DNA from: Staphylothermus marinus F1
GTDB lineage: Archaea; Thermoproteota; Thermoprotei_A; Sulfolobales; Desulfurococcaceae
Reading direction: 5' to 3'
Assembly: GCF_000015945.1 (NCBI RefSeq)
Contig: NC_009033.1
Span: 570,001-602,000 of the forward strand
DNA length: 32,000 nucleotides
The notes beneath the pieces are model-generated. The model was not told where the DNA came from. It saw nothing but the letters and a program-made list of their open reading frames with translations, and made no database searches. Positions 18,069 through 27,052 of this stretch are shown here, piece after piece (the first letter of the stretch is position 1; each line of letters opens with the position of its first letter). The position numbers were made by a program, and so were the translations under genes.

Positions 18069-18890
18069 ATGGATAAAACTCTCTATGACTTCTTAAATAG
18101 AAGCATACTAGAGAGAGTGTGGCCAATAACTTTTGGACTTCTGTTATTCTATTACTTAGCTTGGGGGATCAGGCATCTATTTTAACAAGATCCGTGATAG
18201 GCCTCTTGATGGTAGGAAGAAGTTGCAGAAGCTTTTATTCCTTGTTGAACACTTAGATCTAGAGTCTGGTAGGTTGTCTAAGTCAAGGGGTTTGACCGGC
18301 TATAAACTTTGTTGTTTAGAGTTATGGACCTTTCTCTAAAGATGTGTATAATGATCTTAGGATGCTTGTTAGAGAAGGATTAGTGGAGGAGAGAGTGGAG
18401 ACTATTCGCTTATCTAGATACTATAGTTGTTTTGGAAGTTATGGAAATAATGGTTGTTTTGAAGACTTTGGAGCTTGGGTTCGATTTATAAACCCCCTAC
18501 AATATAATGGTTTAAAACTGCAGATGAAGGGCTCTAAGTGGTCTGTGTGGAGCCCCGATAGCCCCCTCGATGAAGGGATGAAAACCCGACACAAGAGGGG
18601 GAAGCCCGTGCAAACAGTTCCAAAAATAACCGTAGTTTCCAAAAGATAATGCACGGGCAACCACTTGGAGCCAAGACTTATCACTATACACTTACATCGA
18701 TGGTGGTATGCCTCGGAGAATATACTATTATAGAGTATTAGATGAGAGTAGAGTCCCAAGACCGCCCCGCGAAGTAGAGGATAAAATTAAATTTGTGATC
18801 AAAAAATATGGTTCTCTCTCGCCTATGGAGTTAGAATCACGTGTTAACGAGCTTTTAAGACTTACTCCAAAGAAAAAAGTAGAATACTAG
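18069..18890 (+). pseudogene. Decayed SocA/Panacea (DUF4065)-like gene, broken by frameshifts, an in-frame TAG and a ~250-bp insertion
   Basis: The pieces lie in three frames. First comes MDKTLYDFLNRSILERVWPITFGLLLFYYLAWG.., then ..IYFNKIRDRPLDGRKKLQKLLFLVEHLDLESG...GLTGYK. After a TAG this continues as SYGPFSKDVYNDLRMLVREGLVEERVETIRLS, then the inserted element. The gene resumes as ..DGGMPRRIYYYRVLDESRV...PMELESRVNELLRLTPKKKVEY (18708..18890). The KLQKLLF and YGPFS..VY motifs are characteristic of DUF4065-type proteins. Confidence 0.4.
18417..18666 (+). repeat. Copy A of a conserved noncoding element (candidate promoter-bearing small RNA or non-autonomous mobile element)
   Basis: Aligns by eye with 28323..28507. 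It shares the left end GATACTAT(A/G)GTTGTTTTG, a TTTATAAA box (18485..18492) about 30 nt upstream of a conserved core, and the core TGCAGATGAAGGGCTC.AAGTGGTCT.TGTGGAGCCCC.ATAGCC...ATGAAG...GAAAACCCGAC...AGGGGG.AGCC..TGCAAACA...GCACGGGCA..CACTT. Hairpins are GGGCTC(18529-34)/GAGCCC(18550-55) and CCCGTGC(18605-11)/GCACGGG(18651-57). Differences between the copies include 1-nt indels, so conservation is not protein-coding. Confidence 0.45.
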
Positions 18891-19450
18891 GGTAGATCTA
18901 TCGATGAGTACCTAGAGACAGAAGGACTTGCATAGAATTGTTGTAACGAAGAAGAAACCTGTATATGTATCGGAGAATCTCGCATTAAGACCGGCAACAC
19001 AGAATTCAAAATTAATTCGAATGATATATAAACAGTTGGCTTCTTTAAATGATGCAATAAAGAATTTTTCTTGTGTCTTTCAAGCATTAATTATTTTAGT
19101 GCTCATAGCGAATTAAAGCAAGAAGCCAATAACTATGCAAGATCATTAAAAAGCAAATTAAATATTGATTCCCGGAAAATTCTAAGACCAACATCGAGTA
19201 CTGGTTTATTTTCTCCTAATATTACATATGTTATGGATCAGCGAAATTATCCCAGTCACATAAAACTGTATGTTGAACCAGAAGTCATGATTCGGGGGGT
19301 TGTGAGGCAGTTGGATTATGCTATAGTGGATCATAGGGATCCAGCCATAGTAGAGAAATAGGCAATACTGTGCATAAATATCGACGATTTTTATGAAGTA
19401 ACTATTGTCTATAATATTCTATTTCTCTACAGCACTAAAGGTACTACTTA

Positions 19451-20653
19451 TTATTTGAAGCCTATTTTGAACATTTTTTCTGGGTTGGTTAGTCCTGCTA
19501 GGCTTAGTGCTAGTAGTGGGTTTTTGGTTTTGTTTGTTAGTTCTGTGTAGAGTTGTTGTTGAACTATGTAGAGTAGTTCTTTTTTTATCATGCTCATTGT
19601 GTCTACTTTGTCTATGGGGTCTGGTACTCCATTGTTTCCCGTTATATATGATAGGTATGATACTATATTGTCTAGACTGGTTTTTCTGGTTGGGTAGGCT
19701 TCGATTTTTGTTGCTATCATGAAGTATGTTGGGTGTATTGCTTTGTATGTTGCTACTCTAACATTCTTTGTTGTAGGAGCTGCATTGATTACTCTTGTTA
19801 TCCACTCTCTTCTCTCTATAAGCGATCTTATTCTGCGTGGTTCGAGGTTGGCTCGGTGTTTCTCAATATATTTGTTTAAGTAATTTAATATACTAGTATA
19901 CGATCCTATATCGATCCACTCCCCACTATTCAGTATGAATGTTGAAAATGCTTTATCGTTAACCTTGATCATGGGGTTGTCGAGGACAACTTGTAGATCC
20001 ATACCATAAACTCTCTTAATAACTCCTACAATAACAGTATTTGTTTCTTCAGCAAGCTCTAGTATTTGTTGTGTTAAGTCTAGGATCCTATTATAAGCTT
20101 TAATTATAACGCTTTCACTATTCCTCTTACCAACATATCCTGGAGGGATTCGTGGGAAAAGTTCTCCATCTAGGAGAACAATGTCTAAGTCAAGTAATCC
20201 ATTCTTCTTCTTCACAAGCACTTCTCTAATAAATTCTCTCTCAACAATTTTCGAGTAGGGAGTCCCTATTTTCTCGTCTCCCTGTATAAACCTTACATAC
20301 CCAACAGTACCTGTTTTTTCTTCTCCACCAAGGCTTCTGCATCCATAGAATAAGTGAGACCTAGTTATAACGAGCAGTTTCCCCCCAGTAAGTTCTAGTG
20401 GTGGTGAGGTGAAGCTTGTATCTAATGCTAAGCAACAAGGCTTCACATCACTGCTGAGAATTTCTATTTTCTTCAACATTTTCTTCTCAACAAGTATTTT
20501 TCTAAAATAATCTTTTTCCTCAAGTAAATAATTCGTGTTCAAATACTTTATGATCTTCTCTGCTTCCTCCCTAACACCCTTAAAAACTATAGATGTAAGC
20601 GGTTCTCCCTGTTCAGGAGCGGGAAATAATTCTTCTAGGGATTCTTCACTCAA
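19451..20653 (-). CDS. nurA: NurA-like 5'-3' nuclease
   Basis: 400-aa ORF. NurA-type motifs are CLALDTSF (catalytic Asp region), DIVLLDGELFP and VIVGVIKRV. Its start overlaps the upstream HerA-like gene by 8 nt. Confidence 0.7.
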   Translation of the reverse strand: MSEESLEELFPAPEQGEPLTSIVFKGVREEAEKIIKYLNTNYLLEEKDYFRKILVEKKMLKKIEILSSDVKPCCLALDTSFTSPPLELTGGKLLVITRSHLFYGCRSLGGEEKTGTVGYVRFIQGDEKIGTPYSKIVEREFIREVLVKKKNGLLDLDIVLLDGELFPRIPPGYVGKRNSESVIIKAYNRILDLTQQILELAEETNTVIVGVIKRVYGMDLQVVLDNPMIKVNDKAFSTFILNSGEWIDIGSYTSILNYLNKYIEKHRANLEPRRIRSLIERREWITRVINAAPTTKNVRVATYKAIHPTYFMIATKIEAYPTRKTSLDNIVSYLSYITGNNGVPDPIDKVDTMSMIKKELLYIVQQQLYTELTNKTKNPLLALSLAGLTNPEKMFKIGFK

Positions 20654-22232
20654 CCGTTCTCACCTTTATAAGTATGGGTATTCTAAGCGGGTTCATGAGC
20701 CCTGCCACGAAGAATTCTCGCTTACCCAGAATTGCTAAGGTGTTTTCACTTATACCTGATAAGTCCATGTAGCCTTTTAACTCGTTGAAGTCTCCTGGTG
20801 TTTGGAGTTTGCTGAACAACCAAGTATTAATATTGCCTCTGATCTCGGGGTCTATATCTATTATTCTCTGCGTTGCTAAGAGAACTCCAAGACCCCATTT
20901 ACGCCCTTCCCTAGCAATCCTCGTTATAGCTCTATGTGATACACCACAACTCCTACAAGCATAATTATGTGCTTCATCTATAACTACAAGTGTATTGATT
21001 GGTTCTCGTTTCTCCTCTATAATTCTCCACAACTCATTTATAACTGAGGACACTATATATCTACGCGCCTCAAGATCTTCTGTGCTTAAATCAACAACTA
21101 CAAGCCTATTATTACCAGCATACCCAACTATATCTCGAGGCAACATATCTCGTTTATTAAGTGATTCAAAAAATTGTTTGCCAAGATAAACATCTAAAGC
21201 TATTCCAAGCCTGATCTTAGAACTATCTCTAGCCCTCATATTCTGCAGGGTTCTAATTAGTTGCTCTTTAAAACTAGTAATATCCCATACAATATTCTTT
21301 TCAGCAAGTATTTCTTGAAGCCTAGAATAATCTATCTTATTTAGGAATTCTTGAAAAGAAGGTGTTTTGGGAACTAGTGTTTTCTGCCTACCACCACTGC
21401 TACTACCTATAAGTTCTTGGAGGAGTTCTGGATGTTTTTCACGTATATAGTTGTATATATATGATAGTAGGGAGACCATTATGTATGGTTCATAGGTGTT
21501 CCTGTTAAGACCTGTTCTATAAAGGATCATGTCTGTGATCAAGCTTATATCTAGTACTGTACGAGAACCTTCAACCACATTGTCTTTGTAGAACACACTA
21601 TAATCCATCCCAGTATGATCAAAGACTATTATGTTATAGTTTGTCTTAGCCAAAACCTCATCTATAAACGCTTTAACAAGCCTCGACTTACCAGTACCAG
21701 TAGCACCCACAACACCTATATGATAAGGAATCCCCCGTGGATCGAGGGGGATCTCAATACCACTATACTTATGAACACCAATAACAAGCCCCCCGCCAAG
21801 CTCAAGGCTTAGATCCGTTGGAGACTCAACAACATACACTTTAGAACCAGGATTTGGAGGCAATTGAGGCTCAACCACTCCATTCTCAGAAATAACACCA
21901 ATAATCGAGACATAGCCAGAACTATGTGGAAGAGTACCAGTCTCAACAAGATCAGGATTATCAACATAACTAGTTCTCTTCCTAGAATCGAGGAAAGGCT
22001 CATAACGCCTAATCAACCTTAAAACACCGAGAAACCTCATACTCCTCCGGGAATCATCAACAACTACAAGTTGCTCCTCCTTAGCATAATGCTCAACACG
22101 ATCCCAAATAATAACTGGAGCATAAGCAGTACTAGACCCACTACCTATAAGACCAATAAGCTTCAAACACAACTCACCCCCAACAATAATATAAACATAT
22201 ATAAAACAAATTATTAACACTCCAATCCACAA
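20646..22232 (-). CDS. herA: HerA-like (FtsK-HerA superfamily, DUF87) hexameric ATPase/translocase
   Basis: 528-aa ORF. Walker A is IGVVGATGTGKSRLV and Walker B is LVVIDEAHNY. The first ~22 codons (MWIGVLIICFIYVYIIVGG) lie in an AT-rich promoter-like stretch. A more likely start is the TTG at 22166, preceded by GGTGAG (22173-22178, minus strand) and an upstream TATA-like TTATATAT near 22196-22205. Confidence 0.85.
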   Translation of the reverse strand: MWIGVLIICFIYVYIIVGGELCLKLIGLIGSGSSTAYAPVIIWDRVEHYAKEEQLVVVDDSRRSMRFLGVLRLIRRYEPFLDSRKRTSYVDNPDLVETGTLPHSSGYVSIIGVISENGVVEPQLPPNPGSKVYVVESPTDLSLELGGGLVIGVHKYSGIEIPLDPRGIPYHIGVVGATGTGKSRLVKAFIDEVLAKTNYNIIVFDHTGMDYSVFYKDNVVEGSRTVLDISLITDMILYRTGLNRNTYEPYIMVSLLSYIYNYIREKHPELLQELIGSSSGGRQKTLVPKTPSFQEFLNKIDYSRLQEILAEKNIVWDITSFKEQLIRTLQNMRARDSSKIRLGIALDVYLGKQFFESLNKRDMLPRDIVGYAGNNRLVVVDLSTEDLEARRYIVSSVINELWRIIEEKREPINTLVVIDEAHNYACRSCGVSHRAITRIAREGRKWGLGVLLATQRIIDIDPEIRGNINTWLFSKLQTPGDFNELKGYMDLSGISENTLAILGKREFFVAGLMNPLRIPILIKVRTVE

Positions 22233-22269
22233 TATAAAACATTACACACCCAACACAGCCAGAAAACAA

Positions 22270-23339
22270 CCTTCAATTCTTTCTATGTTGTTACATATTT
22301 CCTGATGGGAGGAGAGCCGAGGTAGAGCTTGATCCTAGCTTTCAATTCTTTCTATGTTGTTACTTAGCCCAACAAACAAGAATGAACTGGAATGGCTTAC
22401 ACTCTTTCAATTCTTTCTATGTTGTTACAGAAATAGCGTTTCTGCGTTTCGCATTCATAAAAGCTTGGCTTTCAATTCTTTCTATGTTGTTACTTATGTT
22501 GTTGAAAATAATATTGAATATAAGATAGATAAAACTTTCAATTCTTTCTATGTTGTTACCGATTGATACAATTAATTAATATGAATAAGGCTGAGAAACT
22601 TTCAATTCTTTCTATGTTGTTACGCAAATATACATTGCCCGAGAGAGAACAGGGAGTTAAAACTTTCAATTCTTTCTATGTTGTTACTTATTTTATTTTT
22701 ATAAAAAGACAGGCTAGGTGAGCAAGCTTTCAATTCTTTCTATGTTGTTACATAGTGTGTGAATCTACTAGCTAAGGCGGTAGCTATGAGCTTTCAATTC
22801 TTTCTATGTTGTTACTAAAACCATTACACCTAAAAGCTGGATCGACATGGTTGACTTTCAATTCTTTCTATGTTGTTACTTTGTTATGCGGGAATAGGGT
22901 CCTTTTTCATCTACTAATCTTTCAATTCTTTCTATGTTGTTACTAACCGAGAGAATACCCCCATTCGTTGATTACTGTAATAGCTTTCAATTCTTTCTAT
23001 GTTGTTACCTAACTCCCTCGAGGGGGTTGCGGGGGGTGGTGAAGATAAGACTTTCAATTCTTTCTATGTTGTTACTAACCGAGAGAATACCCCCATTCGT
23101 TGATTACTGTAATAGCTTTCAATTCTTTCTATGTTGTTACCTAACTCCCTCGAGGGGGTTGCGGGGGGTGGTGAAGATAAGACTTTCAATTCTTTCTATG
23201 TTGTTACTAACCGAGAGAATACCCCCATTCGTTGATTACTGTAATAGCTTTCAATTCTTTCTATGTTGTTACCTAACTCCCTCGAGGGGGTTGCGGGGGG
23301 TGGTGAAGATAAGACTTTCAATTCTTTCTATGTTGTTAC
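22270..23339 (-). CRISPR. CRISPR array 1: 17 repeats of 25 nt, 16 spacers of 39-44 nt
   Basis: The repeat reads CTTTCAATTCTTTCTATGTTGTTAC on the plus strand. Repeat starts are 22270, 22339, 22404, 22469, 22535, 22599, 22663, 22727, 22791, 22855, 22919, 22984, 23051, 23116, 23183, 23248 and 23315. The repeat at 22270 has one mismatch (CCTTC..), as expected at a trailer end. The functional orientation is minus: GTAACAACATAGAAAGAATTGAAAG ends in the ATTGAAAG 8-nt crRNA handle typical of archaeal type I/III repeats. The leader is on the right side. Confidence 0.97.
22944..23339 (-). repeat. Perfect 3x tandem duplication of a 132-bp spacer-repeat-spacer-repeat unit inside array 1
   Basis: The 40-nt spacer TAACCGAGAGAATACCCCCATTCGTTGATTACTGTAATAG starts at 22944, 23076 and 23208. 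The 42-nt spacer CTAACTCCCTCGAGGGGGTTGCGGGGGGTGGTGAAGATAAGA starts at 23009, 23141 and 23273. The three units are identical by eye. Confidence 0.9.
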
Positions 23340-23520
23340 TTTGGTTCGAATTCTTTGCTACATTATATCTTTTTGTTCGAATCATTATATATGTTTTTCT
23401 ATATTTGGTTTCTTAGTTGATCGTGTTCGACTGGTTTTCTATTGGTTTATTAGTATCTTTGAGGTATTGACGGGTTTGTATAATGAAAAACATTCGACTA
23501 TGTTTCTATTGGTTTTGTAT
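23340..23520 (-). promoter_or_regulatory. CRISPR leader of array 1
   Basis: AT-rich sequence abutting the last perfect repeat. About 160-180 bp is homologous to the reverse complement of 26870..27052. Shared blocks are TTTGGTTCGAAT, TTTTTGTTCGAA, TTCTATATT, GTTGATC, TTTTCTATTGGTTTA.TAGTATCTTTGAGGTATTGA.GGGTTTGTATAATG and ATTCGA. Confidence 0.7.
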
Positions 23521-24281
23521 GTGTTTTTATGTGTTTGTTGTTTAGAAACTGCTTGGCTGTTTTGTTCGGGAATGTTGGTATTGGTGTATTTTTATTTTAC
23601 ATATTTTAGGGATAGTGTTGGGTTTTGGATCTTAGATATTTGGTTTAGGAGGAAAATTATATGAGAGATTGTTTCTAGTGGAGAAAGAAATATGATGAAC
23701 TATTAGGTATTGATCATATTTTTAGAACCGTCTAAATCCTATAAATAAATACGTATGTTGGAAACTGAATAGTGAATCCACATATAGCTTAGCTACTCTA
23801 TACTCCATTTTTCCAAGTATTCTCTAATTCTTTTCATCAAAAATGTGCGGTAAGCCTGTCTTCTACCCCCCTTAAACTCTTTCTCTCAGCTACTTCCTTA
23901 TGTATAGTCATCCCCATCTTTGGGAGAACTCTATAAACACCTACTAACTCTTAGCATAACCAAAACACTTTTTAAAATCCATAAAGGCTGTTGCCAGCAA
24001 AAATATTTCAATACATAATAAAACATAGGATAATACTTAATGTTTCGATTCCGGATACGGAGATGAGCATTCGCCTAAGACTTTGAAAAATAGTTGTAGC
24101 TTCCCCGCTAGAATCTATAGCTTATAGATAAGGGAGGAGAAGCGTCTAGGTTAAAAATATGTTAAAAATACTATGGACACAAATTCTTATTTTTAAACTA
24201 TCTAGAAAAACACTTTATCAGTCAGCATAATTATAGCCTAATCCTAATACTATTCAATATTGTAAATATATGTTTATGTTG

Positions 24282-24905
24282 TTATTTCTTTATAATTTTT
24301 TCAATAAAGTACCTATGTATTCTAGTATCGCTTGTAAGTTCTGGATGAAATGATAGAGCTAGCTTATTATTTTCCCTAGCTGCAACGACTACTTTTTCCC
24401 CATTGTAGTTTATTATACCTATCGGCTTTGTTGCTCCCCAATACTTTGTTATTGCTGGTGCTCTAATGAATACTGCTCTGAATGGCTTATCATCTAGTTC
24501 ATCTAATACTATATCTAGTTCAAAGCTTTCTCGTTGCCTACCGAAATAGTTCCTTGTAACAGCTATATCCATGACTCCTAGTAGGGGTTGCTTTGTTTCT
24601 CCAACTACTTGGTCGACTACTTCTTTTGCTAGCATTATTGCTCCCGCACAAACACCCATAACTGGTAATCCTTCCACTATCTTTTCTCTAAGTAATTCTA
24701 ATACATTTGTTTTACGAGCTAATATGCTGATTGTTGTCGATTCCCCTCCGGGAATAATGATACCGTCTAAGTCATGGAGTTGTTGTGGCTTCTTCACAAT
24801 TAACACTTTGCCGTTGATCCCTAGTTCATGAAAGGATTTCTTCAACATGTATACATGTTCATATACTCCTCCTTGAAAGCCTAGAACACCTATCCTCATA
24901 TTCAC
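24282..24905 (-). CDS. pdxT: Pyridoxal 5'-phosphate synthase glutaminase subunit PdxT
   Basis: 207-aa ORF. MRIGVLGFQGGVYEHV is followed by GIIIPGGESTT, GVCAGAIML (catalytic Cys) and SFHPELT, matching a class I glutamine amidotransferase of the SNO/PdxT type. It lies directly downstream of pdxS. Confidence 0.93.
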   Translation of the reverse strand: MNMRIGVLGFQGGVYEHVYMLKKSFHELGINGKVLIVKKPQQLHDLDGIIIPGGESTTISILARKTNVLELLREKIVEGLPVMGVCAGAIMLAKEVVDQVVGETKQPLLGVMDIAVTRNYFGRQRESFELDIVLDELDDKPFRAVFIRAPAITKYWGATKPIGIINYNGEKVVVAARENNKLALSFHPELTSDTRIHRYFIEKIIKK

Positions 24906-24926
24906 CGCCCCTAAACATATAGTTTT

Positions 24927-25988
24927 TCATGTTCCCCTGACTTGTAATAGTTCTTCTGGTTTCAATTGACGTATATCAATTCCCATCATACTCTTCTGCT
25001 CACTTATCATTCTCTGAGCCTCCAATACTGTCTCCGGGTCATCCCACATACTTGTAGCTAGTACTATTGCTTCCGCTCTTTCCCTTGGATCACTACTCTT
25101 AAATATGCCTGAGCCAACGAATACCCCATCTGCTCCAAGCCACATCATCAATGCAGCATCTGCCGGCGTAGCTATCCCCCCAGCAGCGAAGTTAACGACT
25201 GGCAATCTACCTAGTCTAACAGTTAAGTCCAGTAACTCGTATGGGATACCATATTCTCTGGCAACCCTTATTCTCTCCTCTGGCAAAGTATTTCTAAGCC
25301 TTAGAATATCGCCCATGATCAGTTTCATATGCCTAACAGCTTCCGCAACATTACCCGTTCCCGCCTCACCCTTTGTTCTTATTAATGCTGCTCCCTCTGT
25401 TATCCTCCTCAATGCTTCTCCAAGATCACGTGCACCATTTATGAACGGTACTGTGAATAACCATTTATTTATATGGTGTTTTTCATCAACCGGTGTAAGT
25501 ACTTCACTTTCATCAATCATATCTACACCTAGTGCCTCCAGGATTTTTGCCTCCATGTAATGTCCGATCCTAACCTTAGCCATAACCGGTATCGTTATAC
25601 TATTCATAACCTCCTCTATAACCCTAACACTTGCCATGCGGGCAACACCACCACTCCTACGTACATCGTAGGGTAGCTTATCTAGAACCATGACAGAAAC
25701 AGCGCCTGCATCCTCAGCTATACCTGCTTGCTCAACATTAGTTACATCCATACATACACCGCCTTTCTGAAACACTGGGAAACCATATTTAACTCTCAAA
25801 GTACCCTGCTTAGGAATAGTTATCCTATCAGGAAGTTTCTCAGGACCATAAATGAAGAACAAGCCGTCCTCACGGAGCTTATCATATGTTTCAGCTAATT
25901 TATAGAAGAAATTAACAATAGTATCAAACCCTACATCGTAGAGCCGCGCAGATGTATTCAATAACATGTATTGTTGAAACATATCCAT
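24927..25988 (-). CDS. pdxS: Pyridoxal 5'-phosphate synthase lyase subunit PdxS
   Basis: 353-aa ORF. Motifs include [98 protein letters not shown]. The N-terminal extension ([18 protein letters not shown]) resembles that of crenarchaeal PdxS. The exact start codon is uncertain. Confidence 0.95.
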   Translation of the reverse strand: MDMFQQYMLLNTSARLYDVGFDTIVNFFYKLAETYDKLREDGLFFIYGPEKLPDRITIPKQGTLRVKYGFPVFQKGGVCMDVTNVEQAGIAEDAGAVSVMVLDKLPYDVRRSGGVARMASVRVIEEVMNSITIPVMAKVRIGHYMEAKILEALGVDMIDESEVLTPVDEKHHINKWLFTVPFINGARDLGEALRRITEGAALIRTKGEAGTGNVAEAVRHMKLIMGDILRLRNTLPEERIRVAREYGIPYELLDLTVRLGRLPVVNFAAGGIATPADAALMMWLGADGVFVGSGIFKSSDPRERAEAIVLATSMWDDPETVLEAQRMISEQKSMMGIDIRQLKPEELLQVRGT

Positions 25989-26869
25989 TCCCCTATATTG
26001 AACAAATATAATGGATCACAAATATAAAGTTTAATCTTTAAGAAAAACTTTAATAAAAACTCCCAGAAACCAAAGCCCATTAAATACAAGAATAACCCAT
26101 AAACTTGAATTAAAAACTATGAGAATGCAATAAGCCTAATTATAATAATGAATTTTAATGTTAATAAAATATGATTGACTGATTAAAATTATTTAAGGTA
26201 ATAGCCCTAATACCATAAGATCTATCCGGAATACTATGTTCCAGCGATACACGTATCAAATCCGAGTACAAATAGAAACATCCGCAAAACCCCAAACAAG
26301 CTACATAGAAGCTTTCTCTGACATACAGTTGCTTAAACTTAAATAAATATATAGATATGCCAATAAACACAAGGCATAGATAATGAAAATATAAAAACAT
26401 GGTACAGAAAAATAGCATACATGATCTTGTTAGAGGTTTATGGAAACATATATGTTAAGTACTCCTAGGGAATTCTCTGATTAACAACATATGCTCATCA
26501 CCACAAAATAACTAAATCTCTTTTAAGCAAGCTCCTATAATCACATATTTTTCACGAATATTTGCTTCTTCATCCGCTCCATAGGTATTGGATCTATTTT
26601 AATAGTAGTATAGTGTAATTGCCTAGTTAAAGGAATATGTCTACCTCGTATTACGTTAGATATGTTGTCCCATTGAACGTTTTTATTTTTGCCATAGGTT
26701 GCGATCTAGGACCTATTATAATTATTGTTTTACCAATGATCTCTTCTAAATAAAAATTCCTACAAGCGATCTAGCGATGACTTTCTATCCTATCTACTAT
26801 ACTCGTATAGTGTAGGTGATGCTTCCTTGTAGGGATGTTGTGGTAAGAAAAATTATAATAGTAGTAAAC

Positions 26870-27052
26870 AATACCTCAAACAACAAAGAAAACCAATCGA
26901 ATATTTCCCATTATACAAACCCATCAATACCTCAAAGATACTATTAAACCAATAGAAAATCACTCGAATATGATCAACCAGGGATCTAATATAGAAAGCA
27001 ATATATACTGGTTCGAACAAAAAAATAAATGTAACAACATATTCGAACCAAA
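26870..27052 (+). promoter_or_regulatory. CRISPR leader of array 2
   Basis: Reverse-complement homolog of the array 1 leader (see 23340..23520). It contains a partial repeat copy, GTAACAACAT, at 27031, 22 nt upstream of the first repeat. Confidence 0.7.

Noticed and set aside
18344-18759. ORFs 18344..18649 (+) and 18439..18759 (-), and likewise 28437..28691 (-)
   Set aside because: They run through the two-copy noncoding element. The two copies differ by 1-nt indels that destroy any shared reading frame, so these are not conserved coding sequences.
19071-19361. 96-aa plus-strand ORF, plus the small ORFs 18887..19087 and 18928..19116
   Set aside because: I recognise no motifs and the starts are ambiguous. 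19071..19361 may be real, but I cannot support a call from sequence alone.
22354-23664. Plus-strand ORFs 22354..22566, 22934..23416 and 23263..23664, including a 160-aa ORF with a striking internal protein repeat
   Set aside because: They are read straight through CRISPR repeats, spacers and the leader of array 1. The protein repeat is simply the triplicated spacer cassette, with FQFFLCCY being the translated CRISPR repeat.
23692-23768. Possible C/D box sRNA (ATGATGA at 23692, CTGA at 23765)
   Set aside because: The box spacing of ~76 nt is longer than typical archaeal C/D sRNAs. There are no clear C'/D' boxes or a terminal stem.
25105-25560. 151-aa plus-strand ORF inside pdxS, and 24571..24831 inside pdxT
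   Set aside because: They are antisense to highly conserved, confidently identified genes. Their Ala/Ser/Pro-rich composition is typical of reverse frames.
24927-25988. The long N-terminal extension of PdxS (~78 aa before KGGVCMDV) as a possible mis-start or fusion
   Set aside because: The extension sequence ([18 protein letters not shown]...) resembles the N-terminus I recall for crenarchaeal PdxS proteins, so it is probably genuine. Only the exact Met is uncertain.
26161-26418. 85-aa minus-strand ORF
   Set aside because: It is a hydrophobic, low-complexity frame in AT-rich intergenic DNA with no start context or motif. I cannot support it as a gene.
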